DNA from: an uncultured Actinomycetota bacterium
Lineage (GTDB): Bacteria > Actinomycetota > Actinomycetes > JAHEKZ01
Direction: 5' to 3'
DNA length: 64,000 bases
Assembly (NCBI GenBank): GCA_963743915.1
Contig: CAVURN010000002.1
Coordinates: 224,001-288,000, forward strand
Every line of letters begins with the position of its first letter. Position 1 is the first letter of the stretch. The notes below the pieces were generated by a model. The model did not search any database, was not told where the DNA came from, and saw only the letters and a program-made list of their open reading frames with translations. Made by a program: the position numbers and the translations under genes. Shown piece after piece: positions 40,375-49,984 of this stretch.

Positions 40375-40416
40375 GGAGATCTTCCCGTCAAATCAATGAG
40401 GAACGGGAGAATCTCC
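40375..40416. promoter_or_regulatory. Inverted repeat in the kamA/kdd divergent promoter region
   Basis: GGAGATCTTCCCGT-N14-ACGGGAGAATCTCC (12/14 complementary) around an AT-rich core. Confidence 0.5.
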
Positions 40417-40462
40417 ACCCCTGGTGGTGGCGGCCGCGCGGTGCTCCTGACAGGATCGCCGC

Positions 40463-41548
40463 GTGACGCGTACCACCCCATCGTCCCCTGTCGGCCTGCA
40501 CCGTGTCATCGAGCCACGCGGAGTGCTGCCCCAAGCGGCTGCCCGCCTCGACGCGAGCCCCGAGCTGTGGCCGGACGAGATCCGCGTCTCGGTGGACGTG
40601 CTGAACCTCGACGCGGCCTCGTTCCGGCAGCTGTTCGACAAGCACGGTGGAGCCGGCGACGCGGTCCGGGCCGAGGTGCTCGACATCGTCGCGAGCCGCG
40701 GCAAGATGCAGAACCCGATCACCGGGTCCGGCGGCATGCTGGTCGGGGTGGTCGACGAGGTCGGCCCGCAGGCCACGCTCGACGTCGCGGTGGGCCAGCA
40801 GGTCACCACCTTGGTCTCGCTCAGCCTCACCCCCTTGGTGATCACCGACGGCCTCGCCCGCTGGGACGGACGCAGCGAGCAGGTGCCCTGCGAGGGGCAC
40901 GCGATCCTCTTCGGACGGACGATCGCGGCCACCGTTCCCGACGATCTCCCGCCCCGTCTGGCGATGGCCGTGATGGACGTCGCCGGGGCCCCCGCGCTCA
41001 CCGCCCGGGTGGTGGAGCAGTACGTCGCCCGGGGCCGGGTGCCGACCGTCGCCGTCATCGGCGGCGCGGGCAAGAGCGGCTCACTGTCGCTGGTCGCTGC
41101 CCAGCGCGCGGGTGCGAGCCGGACCGTCGGAGTCGTCCCCGTCCAGCACGAGGCCGACCTGCTGGGCGAGGTCGCGCTGTGCGACGTCGTGGCCATCGCC
41201 GACGCACGTGACCCGGTGCAGCTGTCCGGCGCCGTCCAGCAGGCCCTGGGCGCGCCCGCCGACATCACCGTCGTCTGCGTCGACGTACCGGGGTGCGAAC
41301 ACGGCGCCATCCTCGCCACGTCACCGGACGGCGGCACGGTGATCTTCTTCTCGATGGCGACCTCCTTCACCGCGGCCGCCCTGGGAGCCGAGGGTCTGGC
41401 CTCCGACGTGACCATGCTCATCGGCAACGGCTACACCCCCGGGCACGCGGACCTGGCCTTCGACCTGCTGCGGGGCTCGGACGGAGTGCGCGAGCTCTTC
41501 TCCCGGCGCCTGGAGCACGAGACCGGCGCCGAGCCGGCGGAGCGCTGA
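40463..41548 (+). CDS. kdd: L-erythro-3,5-diaminohexanoate dehydrogenase
   Basis: G.HRVIEP.GVLPQAA, LNLDAASF, RGKMQNPITGSGGML, LVSLSLTPL, FFSMATSF and GNGY. Confidence 0.9.
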   Translation: MTRTTPSSPVGLHRVIEPRGVLPQAAARLDASPELWPDEIRVSVDVLNLDAASFRQLFDKHGGAGDAVRAEVLDIVASRGKMQNPITGSGGMLVGVVDEVGPQATLDVAVGQQVTTLVSLSLTPLVITDGLARWDGRSEQVPCEGHAILFGRTIAATVPDDLPPRLAMAVMDVAGAPALTARVVEQYVARGRVPTVAVIGGAGKSGSLSLVAAQRAGASRTVGVVPVQHEADLLGEVALCDVVAIADARDPVQLSGAVQQALGAPADITVVCVDVPGCEHGAILATSPDGGTVIFFSMATSFTAAALGAEGLASDVTMLIGNGYTPGHADLAFDLLRGSDGVRELFSRRLEHETGAEPAER

Positions 41549-43153
41549 GTGGCCACCACCCTCTTCCGCGGGGGACGGGTCCACAGCCCGGTGGACCCTT
41601 TCGCCACGGCGCTCGTCGTCGACGGTGGCACTGTCGCCTGGGTCGGGCAGGACGGTGCCGCGGAGCAACACCGGGACGGGGTCGACGAGGTCGTCGAGCT
41701 CGACGGCGCCTGGCTCGCACCCGCGTTCGTCGACGCCCATGTGCACACCACCTCGACCGGCCTCCACCTCACCGGGCTCGACCTCTCCGGCACGAGCTCG
41801 CTGGCCGAGGCTCTTACCGCGCTGGAGGCTCAGGCACGACAGGTGCGAGGCGGCGTGGTCCTCGGCCACGGGTGGGACGAGACTCGTTGGCCGGAGGGGC
41901 GTCCGCCGACCCGCGAGGAGCTCGACCGCGCCTCGTACGGGGGAGTGGTCTACCTCTCGCGCGTGGATGTCCACTCGTGCGTCGCCTCCTCGGCCCTGCT
42001 CGCGATCGCCCCGGAGGCCGGTGCGATGGACGGCTTCTCACCGGACGGCTGGCTGAGCCGGGCCGCCCACCACGTCGTCCGACGGATCGCCCTTGACTCG
42101 GTCAGCCCCGAGCAGCGGCGGCGCGCCCAGCACACCGCACTGCAGCATGCGGCGTCGCTCGGGATCGGCATGGTGCACGAGCTCGGTGGCCCGCAGATCT
42201 CCAGCCCGGACGACTTCACCGACCTGCTCACCACGGTCGCGCCAGAGTCCGGGGTCGAGGTGGTCGGGTACTGGGGCGAGGGTGGGGGCCCGGACCTCGC
42301 GCTCTCGCTCGGCGCCCGCGGAGCCGCCGGCGACCACTTCGTCGACGGGGCGATCGGCTCGCACACGGCGTTCCTGCGCGAGCCCTACGCCGACGCCGAC
42401 ACCCGCGGAGCGTGCTACACCGACGCGGCCACGATCCGCGACCACGTCGCGGCGTGCTCGCAGGCCGGGGTACAGGCCGGCTACCACGTCATCGGCGACG
42501 GGGCGATGGACGTGGTGGTGGCCGGCTTCCGCGAGGCCGTCGCCAAGGTCGGCGCCGACGTCGTCCGTCGACCTCGCCACCGGCTCGAGCACGTCGAGAT
42601 GGTCGACGACGACGCGATCGAGCTGCTAGCCGATCTGGGCGTCATCGCCAGCGTCCAGCCGGCCTTCGACGCGCTCTGGGGCGGCCCGGACGGCATGTAC
42701 GCGAAGCGTCTCGGACCGGAGAGGGCAGCCCGCCTCAACCCCTTCGCCCGGATGGCGACGTCGGGCCTTTCACTCGCCTTCGGGTCCGACGCACCGGTCA
42801 CCCCCCTTGCGCCGTGGGCCGCGGTCCGTGCCGCGGTCCACACTCACGAGCCGGGTGCGCACTGGACGCCGCGCGGAGCCTTCGCCGCGCACACCCGAGG
42901 TGGCTGGCGCGCCGCCGGCGAGGAGTCCGGGGGCGTGCTCGCACCCGGTCTGCCGGCCAACCTCGCCGTCTGGGACGCCGGTGAGCTTGTGGTCGAGGCG
43001 CCGGACGACCGGGTAGCAGCCTGGTCCACCGATCCGAGGGCCGCCGTCCCGGGACTGCCGTCGGTGGAGCCGGACGCTCCGACACCCACCTGCCTCCGCA
43101 CGGTCGTGCGAGGCCGTACCGTCTACTCCGTCGACGAAGGGAGGACCACGTGA
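41549..43153 (+). CDS. Amidohydrolase 3 family (YtcJ/Rv2052c-like)
   Basis: PAFVDAHVH, DGAIGSHTA, HVIGD, HRLEH and GSDAP. Confidence 0.88.
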   Translation: MATTLFRGGRVHSPVDPFATALVVDGGTVAWVGQDGAAEQHRDGVDEVVELDGAWLAPAFVDAHVHTTSTGLHLTGLDLSGTSSLAEALTALEAQARQVRGGVVLGHGWDETRWPEGRPPTREELDRASYGGVVYLSRVDVHSCVASSALLAIAPEAGAMDGFSPDGWLSRAAHHVVRRIALDSVSPEQRRRAQHTALQHAASLGIGMVHELGGPQISSPDDFTDLLTTVAPESGVEVVGYWGEGGGPDLALSLGARGAAGDHFVDGAIGSHTAFLREPYADADTRGACYTDAATIRDHVAACSQAGVQAGYHVIGDGAMDVVVAGFREAVAKVGADVVRRPRHRLEHVEMVDDDAIELLADLGVIASVQPAFDALWGGPDGMYAKRLGPERAARLNPFARMATSGLSLAFGSDAPVTPLAPWAAVRAAVHTHEPGAHWTPRGAFAAHTRGGWRAAGEESGGVLAPGLPANLAVWDAGELVVEAPDDRVAAWSTDPRAAVPGLPSVEPDAPTPTCLRTVVRGRTVYSVDEGRTT

Positions 43154-44748
43154 CATCGCGCAGACGCGGCAAGCTCGAGCTCGACCCGGTCGCGGTCCGC
43201 AAGGCTCGCAGCCTCGCGCGCAAGGCCGGCAAGCCGATCGTCACGCTGGCCAAGACCCACACCACCGTCTCGGTTGAGCGGGCCGTGCTGCGTCTGGCCG
43301 GTCTGTCCGGCGCCGACCCCGAAGGTGAGCCCTGGGTCAACCACCTCGTCGACGCCGTGCGCGAGGACGTCGGGCTCGAGCACGGCGTCGCACTGCCGGT
43401 CTGGCACGCGATGGCGGGTGGCGGTTACGACCTGCTGACGTTGGCCCAGAAGGCCGCCGCCGGCAGCGTCCTCTTCCACCTGCCCGAGGGCAGGGACGCC
43501 GCACGCGCACGTTCGGCGTCCCGCAAGGCTGCACAGGCCGGACTGCGTCGCATCGACGGCAACCGACGCACCCGCGACCGCTTCATCAGGAAGTACGGGG
43601 ACCCGCCCAAACCGTGGATCTACCTGATCGTGGCCACCGGCGACATCTACGAGGACATCCCGCAGGCTCAGGCCGCCGCGCGCGAGGGCGCCGACATCGT
43701 GGCGGTGATCCGCTCCACCGGACAGTCGCTGCTCGACTTCGTCCCTGAAGGTCCCACTCGTGAGGGCTACGCGGGCACCTATGCGACCCAGGAGAACTTC
43801 CGGTTGATGCGGGGTGCGCTCGACGAGGTCTCCGCCGAGCTGGGGCGCTATGTGCGTCTCACCAACTACGCCTCGGGGCTCTGCATGCCCGAGATCGCGA
43901 CGCTGGCCGGTCTCGAGCGCCTCGACATGATGCTCAACGACTCGATGTACGGGATCCTCTTCCGCGACATCAACCCGATCCGCACCTTCGTGGACCAGCG
44001 CTACAGCCGCCAGATCCACGCCAGGGCGGGCATCATCATCAACACCGGCGAGGACAACTACCTCACCACCGCTGATGGCATCGAGGCTGCGCACACGGTC
44101 ACGGTCAGCCAGCTGCTCAACGAGTTCTTCGGCAAGGAGGCCGGCCTCGCCGACCACCAGCTCGGCCTGGGCCATGCCTTCGAGATCAACCCGTCGGTGC
44201 CCGAGTCCTTCCGCATGGAGCTCGCGCACGCACTGCTGGCACGCGAGCTCTTCCCCGACGCGCCGCTGAAGTGGATGCCACCCACCAAGCACATGACCGG
44301 AGACATCTTCCGCGGCTACCTGCTCAACGGTTTCTTCAACCTCGTCGGATCGATGACGAACCAGGACATCCTGCTGGTCGGCATGCTCACCGAGGCCGTC
44401 CACACCCCGTGGCTCTCCGACCGCGACCTCGCGCTGCAGAACGTCCGCTACGTGATGGAGGCCACCCGCGGGCTCTCCGAGGACTTCCGCCCGGCCCCTG
44501 ACGGGTTCGTGGTGGAGCGAGGCCGCCAGGTGCTCGCCGAGGCGATCGAGCTGCTGGAGGCCATCGTCGACGACCAGCTGCTCAACGCCATCGCCGACGG
44601 CACCTTCGGCCTGATGAAGCGCCCCGCTGACGCCGGACGCGGGCTGGACGGCGTGGCGAAGCAGTCCAGCGCCTACTACAACCCCGCGAGTGAGCTGCTC
44701 GCCGAGGGATTCGCCGGCGCTGCCGGCCGACGAGGAGCGGCCCGATGA
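43150..44748 (+). CDS. kamD: Lysine 5,6-aminomutase alpha subunit
   Basis: HTTVSVER, IVATGDIYED, IRSTGQSLLD, NYASGLCMPE and MPPTKHMTG. Confidence 0.93.
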   Translation: MTSRRRGKLELDPVAVRKARSLARKAGKPIVTLAKTHTTVSVERAVLRLAGLSGADPEGEPWVNHLVDAVREDVGLEHGVALPVWHAMAGGGYDLLTLAQKAAAGSVLFHLPEGRDAARARSASRKAAQAGLRRIDGNRRTRDRFIRKYGDPPKPWIYLIVATGDIYEDIPQAQAAAREGADIVAVIRSTGQSLLDFVPEGPTREGYAGTYATQENFRLMRGALDEVSAELGRYVRLTNYASGLCMPEIATLAGLERLDMMLNDSMYGILFRDINPIRTFVDQRYSRQIHARAGIIINTGEDNYLTTADGIEAAHTVTVSQLLNEFFGKEAGLADHQLGLGHAFEINPSVPESFRMELAHALLARELFPDAPLKWMPPTKHMTGDIFRGYLLNGFFNLVGSMTNQDILLVGMLTEAVHTPWLSDRDLALQNVRYVMEATRGLSEDFRPAPDGFVVERGRQVLAEAIELLEAIVDDQLLNAIADGTFGLMKRPADAGRGLDGVAKQSSAYYNPASELLAEGFAGAAGRRGAAR

Positions 44749-45533
44749 GCAAGCGCGAGTCGCACATCATCCGGCCGTACGGCGACGCCACCGGTGACGG
44801 CCTCGTCCAGACCTCGTTCACGCTGCCGATCCCGCACGACAAGCGGGCCGAGGGCGCTGCCCTTCAGCTGGCGTCGAAGATGGGGCTGGAGCCGGCGATG
44901 GTGGTGCACGCGAAGGCCATGGGTCCGCACTTCACCTTCTTCGTCGTCTACGGGCGCAGCAGCCATCTGGTCGACCTCGACAAGGTCGTGGTGATGGAGC
45001 GTGAGTTCCCCATGCTCACGCCGAAGGAGGTCAGCGCCGCGGTGCGGCGCAGCCTGCGGCGTCCACTGGTGGTGATCGGCGCCTGCATCGGCACCGACGC
45101 GCACACCGTCGGCATCGACGCGATCCTGAACATCAAGGGATGGGCGGGGGAGAAGGGCCTGGAGGCGTACAGCGACGTCGAGGTGCACAACCTCGGCGCA
45201 CAGGTGTCCGTTCCTGACCTGGTCGAACGCGCGCAGACGCTCGGGGCCGATGCCGTCCTGGTCAGCCAGGTGGTGACCCAGCGGGACGCGCACCTGCACA
45301 ACGTCAGCCAGATGTCGGCGGCCTTCCGCGAGGCGTACCCGGCCGGAACCGCGCCCGTGCTGATCGTGGGAGGCCCGAGGTTCGACGAGACGGCGGCCGC
45401 GGAGCTGGGTGTGGACCGGATCTTCGTGAAGGGCACGACGCCCGGCGAGGTCGCCAGCTTCCTGGTGCATCGGCTCTGCAGCACACCCGCGAAGAAGAAG
45501 TCGAACCGCAAGCCGGCGAGGAGTCGTTCATGA
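44745..45533 (+). CDS. kamE: Lysine 5,6-aminomutase beta subunit (B12-binding)
   Basis: PYGD..GDG.VQ.SFTLP, GTDAHTVGIDA (DxH) and NIKG.AGEKGLE. Confidence 0.93.
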   Translation: MSKRESHIIRPYGDATGDGLVQTSFTLPIPHDKRAEGAALQLASKMGLEPAMVVHAKAMGPHFTFFVVYGRSSHLVDLDKVVVMEREFPMLTPKEVSAAVRRSLRRPLVVIGACIGTDAHTVGIDAILNIKGWAGEKGLEAYSDVEVHNLGAQVSVPDLVERAQTLGADAVLVSQVVTQRDAHLHNVSQMSAAFREAYPAGTAPVLIVGGPRFDETAAAELGVDRIFVKGTTPGEVASFLVHRLCSTPAKKKSNRKPARSRS

Positions 45534-45928
45534 CGGATGCATCGGACAGCCGACTCGGAGCGAGCGTCACCCACCGCCGCTACGTCCCGTACTCCCACGC
45601 CCACTACGCCGGCAACCTGGTCGACGGTGCCTATACGGTCGGGCTGTTCGGCGACGTCGCCACCGACCTCATGATCGTCACCGACGGGGACGAAGGCCTG
45701 TTTGCGTCGTACTCCGACATCCAGTTCACCGCGCCGGTCCGCGCCGGGGACGTGCTGGAGGTCACCGCCACCGTCACGCGGGTGGGTCGGCGCAGCCGTG
45801 AGGTCGGCTTCACCGCCCACGTGGTGTGCCGTGGACGCCCGGACCTCGGGGAGTCGTCGGCGGAGACGCTCGCCGAACCCGTCCTTGCCGTGAGCGCGAC
45901 CGGGACCATCGTCGTCCCGCCGCAGTAG
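45530..45928 (+). CDS. kal: 3-aminobutyryl-CoA ammonia-lyase (hotdog fold)
   Basis: AHYAGNLVDGA, FGDVAT, DGDEGLF..Y and F.APV.AGD. Confidence 0.88.
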   Translation: MTDASDSRLGASVTHRRYVPYSHAHYAGNLVDGAYTVGLFGDVATDLMIVTDGDEGLFASYSDIQFTAPVRAGDVLEVTATVTRVGRRSREVGFTAHVVCRGRPDLGESSAETLAEPVLAVSATGTIVVPPQ

Positions 45929-45956
45929 CTCTGCCGACCGCGCGCCCATACCCCTG

Positions 45957-46030
45957 CGGTGATCGGAGCATTCTCGTCATTCTTTGGCCGTCGCATCCGC
46001 TCCTGAATGACTGAGGCGCTCCGATCACCG
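45957..46030. terminator. Long hairpin after the kam operon
   Basis: CGGTGATCGGAGC / GCTCCGATCACCG 13-bp inverted repeat plus an inner GTCATTC/GAATGAC stem. Confidence 0.6.
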
Positions 46031-46083
46031 GCACCCCGCCACGCGGGGGCGCCACCCACGCGCTGCCGGGATACCGTCACCGG

Positions 46084-47628
46084 GTGAGTGACGCGTCCGA
46101 GGTGAGCACCGGCCCCGGTCGTCAAGCGACTCCGCTGCGGTGGGCGCTGCTCGCCGCCCTCCTCTCCGGCCTGCTGCTGGTCGCGGCGTTCCCGCCGATC
46201 GACTTCTGGCTCCTGGCCCCGGTCGCGGTGGCCGGGCTGCTCGCTGCCTTGCGGGGACGCTCGGTCCGTGGTGGAGCACTGGTCGGCCTGGTCTTCGGCG
46301 CGGCGTTCATCGGAGCCCTCACCCCCTGGCTGCGGGTGATCGGCCCCGACGCATGGCTCGCGGTGGTCGTGCTCTCGGCGCTCGCCCTGGCCGTGTTCGG
46401 GGCGGGCGCGACCCTGCTGCTCGACCTGCCTGGCTGGCCGCTGTGGACGGCCGCGTGGTGGGCCACGGTCGAGACGCTGCGCAGCCTTTACCCGCTCGGC
46501 GGGTTCCCCTGGGGACGCCTCGCGCACTCGCAGGTGGACGCCCCGAGCGTCGGCTGGGTGGCCATCGGGGGCGTGCCGCTGCTCGGGTTCGTCGTGGTGC
46601 TCACCGGTGCCCTGCTGCTCGCCCTCCTGCTCGCCTGGCAGCGGGGCGACCGGCGGACCGCCGCCGTCGCCGCGATCGCGGGCATCGTGGTCTACGCGGG
46701 AGCGGCGGTGGTGCCGACCCCCACCGACGGTCGTCCGGTGACCGTCGCGGTGGTGCAGGGGAACGTGCCGCGCACCGGGATGGACGCCTTCGGGCAGCGG
46801 GAGGCGGTCCTGACCGCCCACCTGGACGCGACCCACCAGCTCGCGGACGACGTCCGCGCCGGGACGGTGCCACGTCCCGACCTCGTCATCTGGCCGGAGA
46901 ACGCGTCGGACATCGACCCCGCCCTCGACGCCGACGCCTACGCCCGGATCACCGAGGCGGTGCAGGACGTCGGCGTGCCGGTCCTGGTCGGCATGGTGGT
47001 GGAGGTCGACGGAGGCGAGCGTGTCGCCAACCAGGGGACGGTGTGGGACCCCGACACCGGGCCCGGGGAGACCTACGTGAAGCAGAACCTGGTGCCGTTC
47101 GGTGAGTACGTCCCCTTCCGGTCCCAGCTGCAGCCCTTCATCTCCCGGCTCGACCGGATCCCGCGCGACTTCGTCGCTGGCGACCGGCCGGGTGTTCTCG
47201 ACCTCGGCGCCGCCACGGTGGCCGACGTCATCTGCTTCGACGTCGCGTACGACGACGCCGTCCGGGACGCCGTCGCCGGCGGCGGCGAGCTCATCACCGT
47301 GCAGACCAACAACGCCACGTACGGTCGGACGGCGCAGGTCGAGCAGCAGTTCGCCATCAGCCGGCTCCGTGCGATCGAGCACGGCCGCGTGGTGCTCGTC
47401 GCCGCGACGAGCGGCATCAGTGGGGTCATCACCCCTGACGGCAGGGTGGTCGAGCAGACCCCAGAGTTCGTGGCCCAGGTGCTCGTCGCCGAGGTACCGG
47501 CACGCACCAGCCAGACGCTCGCCACGCGGTTCGGGCCGGCGGTCGCGTGGGCGCTCACCGCCATAGGGGCCGCAGCGGTCCTCGCCGGTGCCTGGCGTCG
47601 TCGCCGGGCTGGGACACTGGTCGCATGA
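46084..47628 (+). CDS. lnt: Apolipoprotein N-acyltransferase
   Basis: GGFPWG, VQGNV, WPEN, KQNLVPFGEY, ICFDV, QTNNA and RAIEHGR. Confidence 0.95.
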   Translation: MSDASEVSTGPGRQATPLRWALLAALLSGLLLVAAFPPIDFWLLAPVAVAGLLAALRGRSVRGGALVGLVFGAAFIGALTPWLRVIGPDAWLAVVVLSALALAVFGAGATLLLDLPGWPLWTAAWWATVETLRSLYPLGGFPWGRLAHSQVDAPSVGWVAIGGVPLLGFVVVLTGALLLALLLAWQRGDRRTAAVAAIAGIVVYAGAAVVPTPTDGRPVTVAVVQGNVPRTGMDAFGQREAVLTAHLDATHQLADDVRAGTVPRPDLVIWPENASDIDPALDADAYARITEAVQDVGVPVLVGMVVEVDGGERVANQGTVWDPDTGPGETYVKQNLVPFGEYVPFRSQLQPFISRLDRIPRDFVAGDRPGVLDLGAATVADVICFDVAYDDAVRDAVAGGGELITVQTNNATYGRTAQVEQQFAISRLRAIEHGRVVLVAATSGISGVITPDGRVVEQTPEFVAQVLVAEVPARTSQTLATRFGPAVAWALTAIGAAAVLAGAWRRRRAGTLVA

Positions 47629-48377
47629 CCGAAGGACGCGTCCTCGTGGTGGTCCCCACGTACAACGAAGCGGCCGCCCTGCCCGGGCTGGTGCAGCGGG
47701 TGCGGACGGCCGTATCGGACGCGCACGTGCTGGTGGCCGACGACAACAGCCCGGACGGAACGGGCGACGTCGCGCAGGCCCTCGCCGACGAGGACGACCA
47801 CGTCCACGTCCTGCACCGCAGCGCCAAGAACGGTCTGGGGGCCGCCTACCTCGCCGGGTTCCGGTGGGGGACCAGCCGGGGGTACGACGTGCTCGTCGAG
47901 ATGGACGCCGACGGCTCGCACCGCCCCGAGCACCTCCCGGCCATGCTCGAACTGCTCCACGACGCCGACGTCGTGATCGGCTCGCGGTGGGTGCCGGGGG
48001 GCGGCGTCGTGAACTGGCCCCAGTACCGCAAGTGGCTGTCCCAGGGGGGCAACCGCTACACGCAGCTGATGCTGGGGCTCGGGGTGCGGGACGCCACCGC
48101 CGGCTACCGCGTGTACCGCGCGTCCGCCCTGACGCAGCTCGACCTCGACACCGTGGCGTCGCAGGGGTACTGCTTCCAGGTCGACCTCACCCGGCGGGCA
48201 GCGGCAGCCGGGCTTCGGATCGCCGAGTACCCCATCAGCTTCGTCGAGCGCGAGGTGGGAGACAGCAAGATGAGCGGCACCATCGTCGCCGAGGCGCTGT
48301 GGCGCGTCACGGCGTGGGGCGTGCAGGACCGCGTCGGCCGGTGGCGTCGTTCCGGTGCTCTGGGGAGGTCGGCCTGA
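47625..48377 (+). CDS. ppm1: Polyprenol monophosphomannose synthase
   Basis: PTYNE, DDNSPDGTG, EMDADGSH, GSRWV and F.ER..G.SKM. Confidence 0.93.
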   Translation: MTEGRVLVVVPTYNEAAALPGLVQRVRTAVSDAHVLVADDNSPDGTGDVAQALADEDDHVHVLHRSAKNGLGAAYLAGFRWGTSRGYDVLVEMDADGSHRPEHLPAMLELLHDADVVIGSRWVPGGGVVNWPQYRKWLSQGGNRYTQLMLGLGVRDATAGYRVYRASALTQLDLDTVASQGYCFQVDLTRRAAAAGLRIAEYPISFVEREVGDSKMSGTIVAEALWRVTAWGVQDRVGRWRRSGALGRSA

Positions 48378-48820
48378 TGGCACTGATCCTGCTCGTGGTG
48401 CTCGTCGGGGCGCCGATCCTGGAGATCTACGTCGGCACCCTGGTGGCCGACCAGATCGGCGCAGGGCCGACCCTGCTGCTGCTCCTCGCGGGGGTCATCG
48501 TCGGTGCGTTCGTGATGCGGCGCGCCTGGCGGCGTCGCCCCCGAACTTCCGACACGGCACTGCTCCTGCTCGCCGGTGCGCTGCTGCTGCTGCCGGGCTT
48601 CGTGAGCGACGCCCTCGGGCTGCTGCTCCTGCTGCCACCGGTCCGGGCGGTGGTCAAGGTGTGGGTCGGCCAACGCGTCGAGCGACGGCTGTCGTCGTGG
48701 AACCTCGAGGTCGTGCGCTGGAACCGCGCCGTCCGTCCGGGTACGCCCCCGGCCTCCGGGCCGGTGGTCCGCGGCGAGGTGGTCGACGGCGAGGAGCCTC
48801 CCCGACACAGTGAGGGTTGA
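48377..48820 (+). CDS. fxsA: FxsA family membrane protein
   Basis: PILEIY and LLLLPGFVSDALGLLLLLPP; syntenic with ppm1. Confidence 0.85.
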   Translation: MALILLVVLVGAPILEIYVGTLVADQIGAGPTLLLLLAGVIVGAFVMRRAWRRRPRTSDTALLLLAGALLLLPGFVSDALGLLLLLPPVRAVVKVWVGQRVERRLSSWNLEVVRWNRAVRPGTPPASGPVVRGEVVDGEEPPRHSEG

Positions 48821-48883
48821 ACTCCTGCGATTTCGTAGTACAGTGATCACATGATACGAACTCGTACTACTTCTGACACCGAC

Positions 48884-49975
48884 ATGGTTAACCAGGTTCC
48901 CCCTGACCTCGCCGCCGCCGTCGAGACGATGCGGCGGGAGGCTCAGGTCCCTGGGCTGTCGATCGCCGTGGTCGATGCGGCCGGAGTCCAGCTCGCCACG
49001 GGCTACGGGTACGCCGACCTCTCGCGAGAGGTGGCCGCCTCGGCCTCGACGCCCTACCTGTGGTTCTCGATGTCCAAGATCGTGACGGCGACGGCAGCGC
49101 TCCGGCTCGCCGACGAGGGTCACCTGGACCTCGAGGCGCCGGTCACCGAGTACCTCGACTACCTGCGGGCGCCCGGCCCGCAGCAGCCGACGGTCCGTCA
49201 GCTGCTGACGCACACCTCTGGGCTGGGGAACCCGATGCCCATCCGTTGGGTGCACCCGGCGGGTGCGGACGCGCCGGACCCTGAGCAGCTGCTGCGCAGG
49301 CTCATGCGCCGCCGTCGCGCCTACCGTTACCCGCTGGGCACTGCGCGGTACAGCAATGTCGGCTACCTCGCGGTCGGGGAGATCGTCGCCCGGGCGGGAG
49401 GGGAGAACTTCGACAGCTATGTCCGTCGCTCGGTGCTGGTTCCGATCGGGATGCGTGCCACCGGTTTCGAACACGGGGAGGGCACCGCCACCGCAACCGG
49501 GTACGTCAGGGCCCCCCGGCCGGCCGACCCGGTGCTCCGTCGCCTCCTGCCCGCGGGGATCGTCGGGCGACGTCACGGGCGGTACCTGGCCCTGAACGAC
49601 TTCGCCGTCGACGGCCCGGCCTATGGCGGGCTCATCGGCACGGTCCAGGACGCCGCGCGATTCCTGCAGATGCACCTGCGGGACGGGGAGCTCGACGGCG
49701 TCCGCATCCTGGCGCCGGAGACGGCACGCGCCATGCGCAGGCTCGACCACCCCGGCAAGGCCTTCCGGCACGGACTGGGATGGTTCCGCAGCCCCAGCGA
49801 CCGGCCCGGCGCCGATGACTGGGTGGAGCACTTCGGGGCCGGCGCGGGCTTCTGGAACGTGATGCGCCTCTACCCGGAGCGCGGGTTCGGCGTGGTGGTC
49901 ATGAGCAACAGCACCACGAGCTATCCGTTCGACCAGCTCTTCGCGCTCCTCGAGCGGACGCGGCCGCGGGTGTAG
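48884..49975 (+). CDS. Serine hydrolase (beta-lactamase class C-like family)
   Basis: SxxK (SMSK), LLTHTSG, YSN and HFG motifs; alternative start at 48851. Confidence 0.88.
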   Translation: MVNQVPPDLAAAVETMRREAQVPGLSIAVVDAAGVQLATGYGYADLSREVAASASTPYLWFSMSKIVTATAALRLADEGHLDLEAPVTEYLDYLRAPGPQQPTVRQLLTHTSGLGNPMPIRWVHPAGADAPDPEQLLRRLMRRRRAYRYPLGTARYSNVGYLAVGEIVARAGGENFDSYVRRSVLVPIGMRATGFEHGEGTATATGYVRAPRPADPVLRRLLPAGIVGRRHGRYLALNDFAVDGPAYGGLIGTVQDAARFLQMHLRDGELDGVRILAPETARAMRRLDHPGKAFRHGLGWFRSPSDRPGADDWVEHFGAGAGFWNVMRLYPERGFGVVVMSNSTTSYPFDQLFALLERTRPRV

Positions 49976-49984
49976 CGGCTGACG

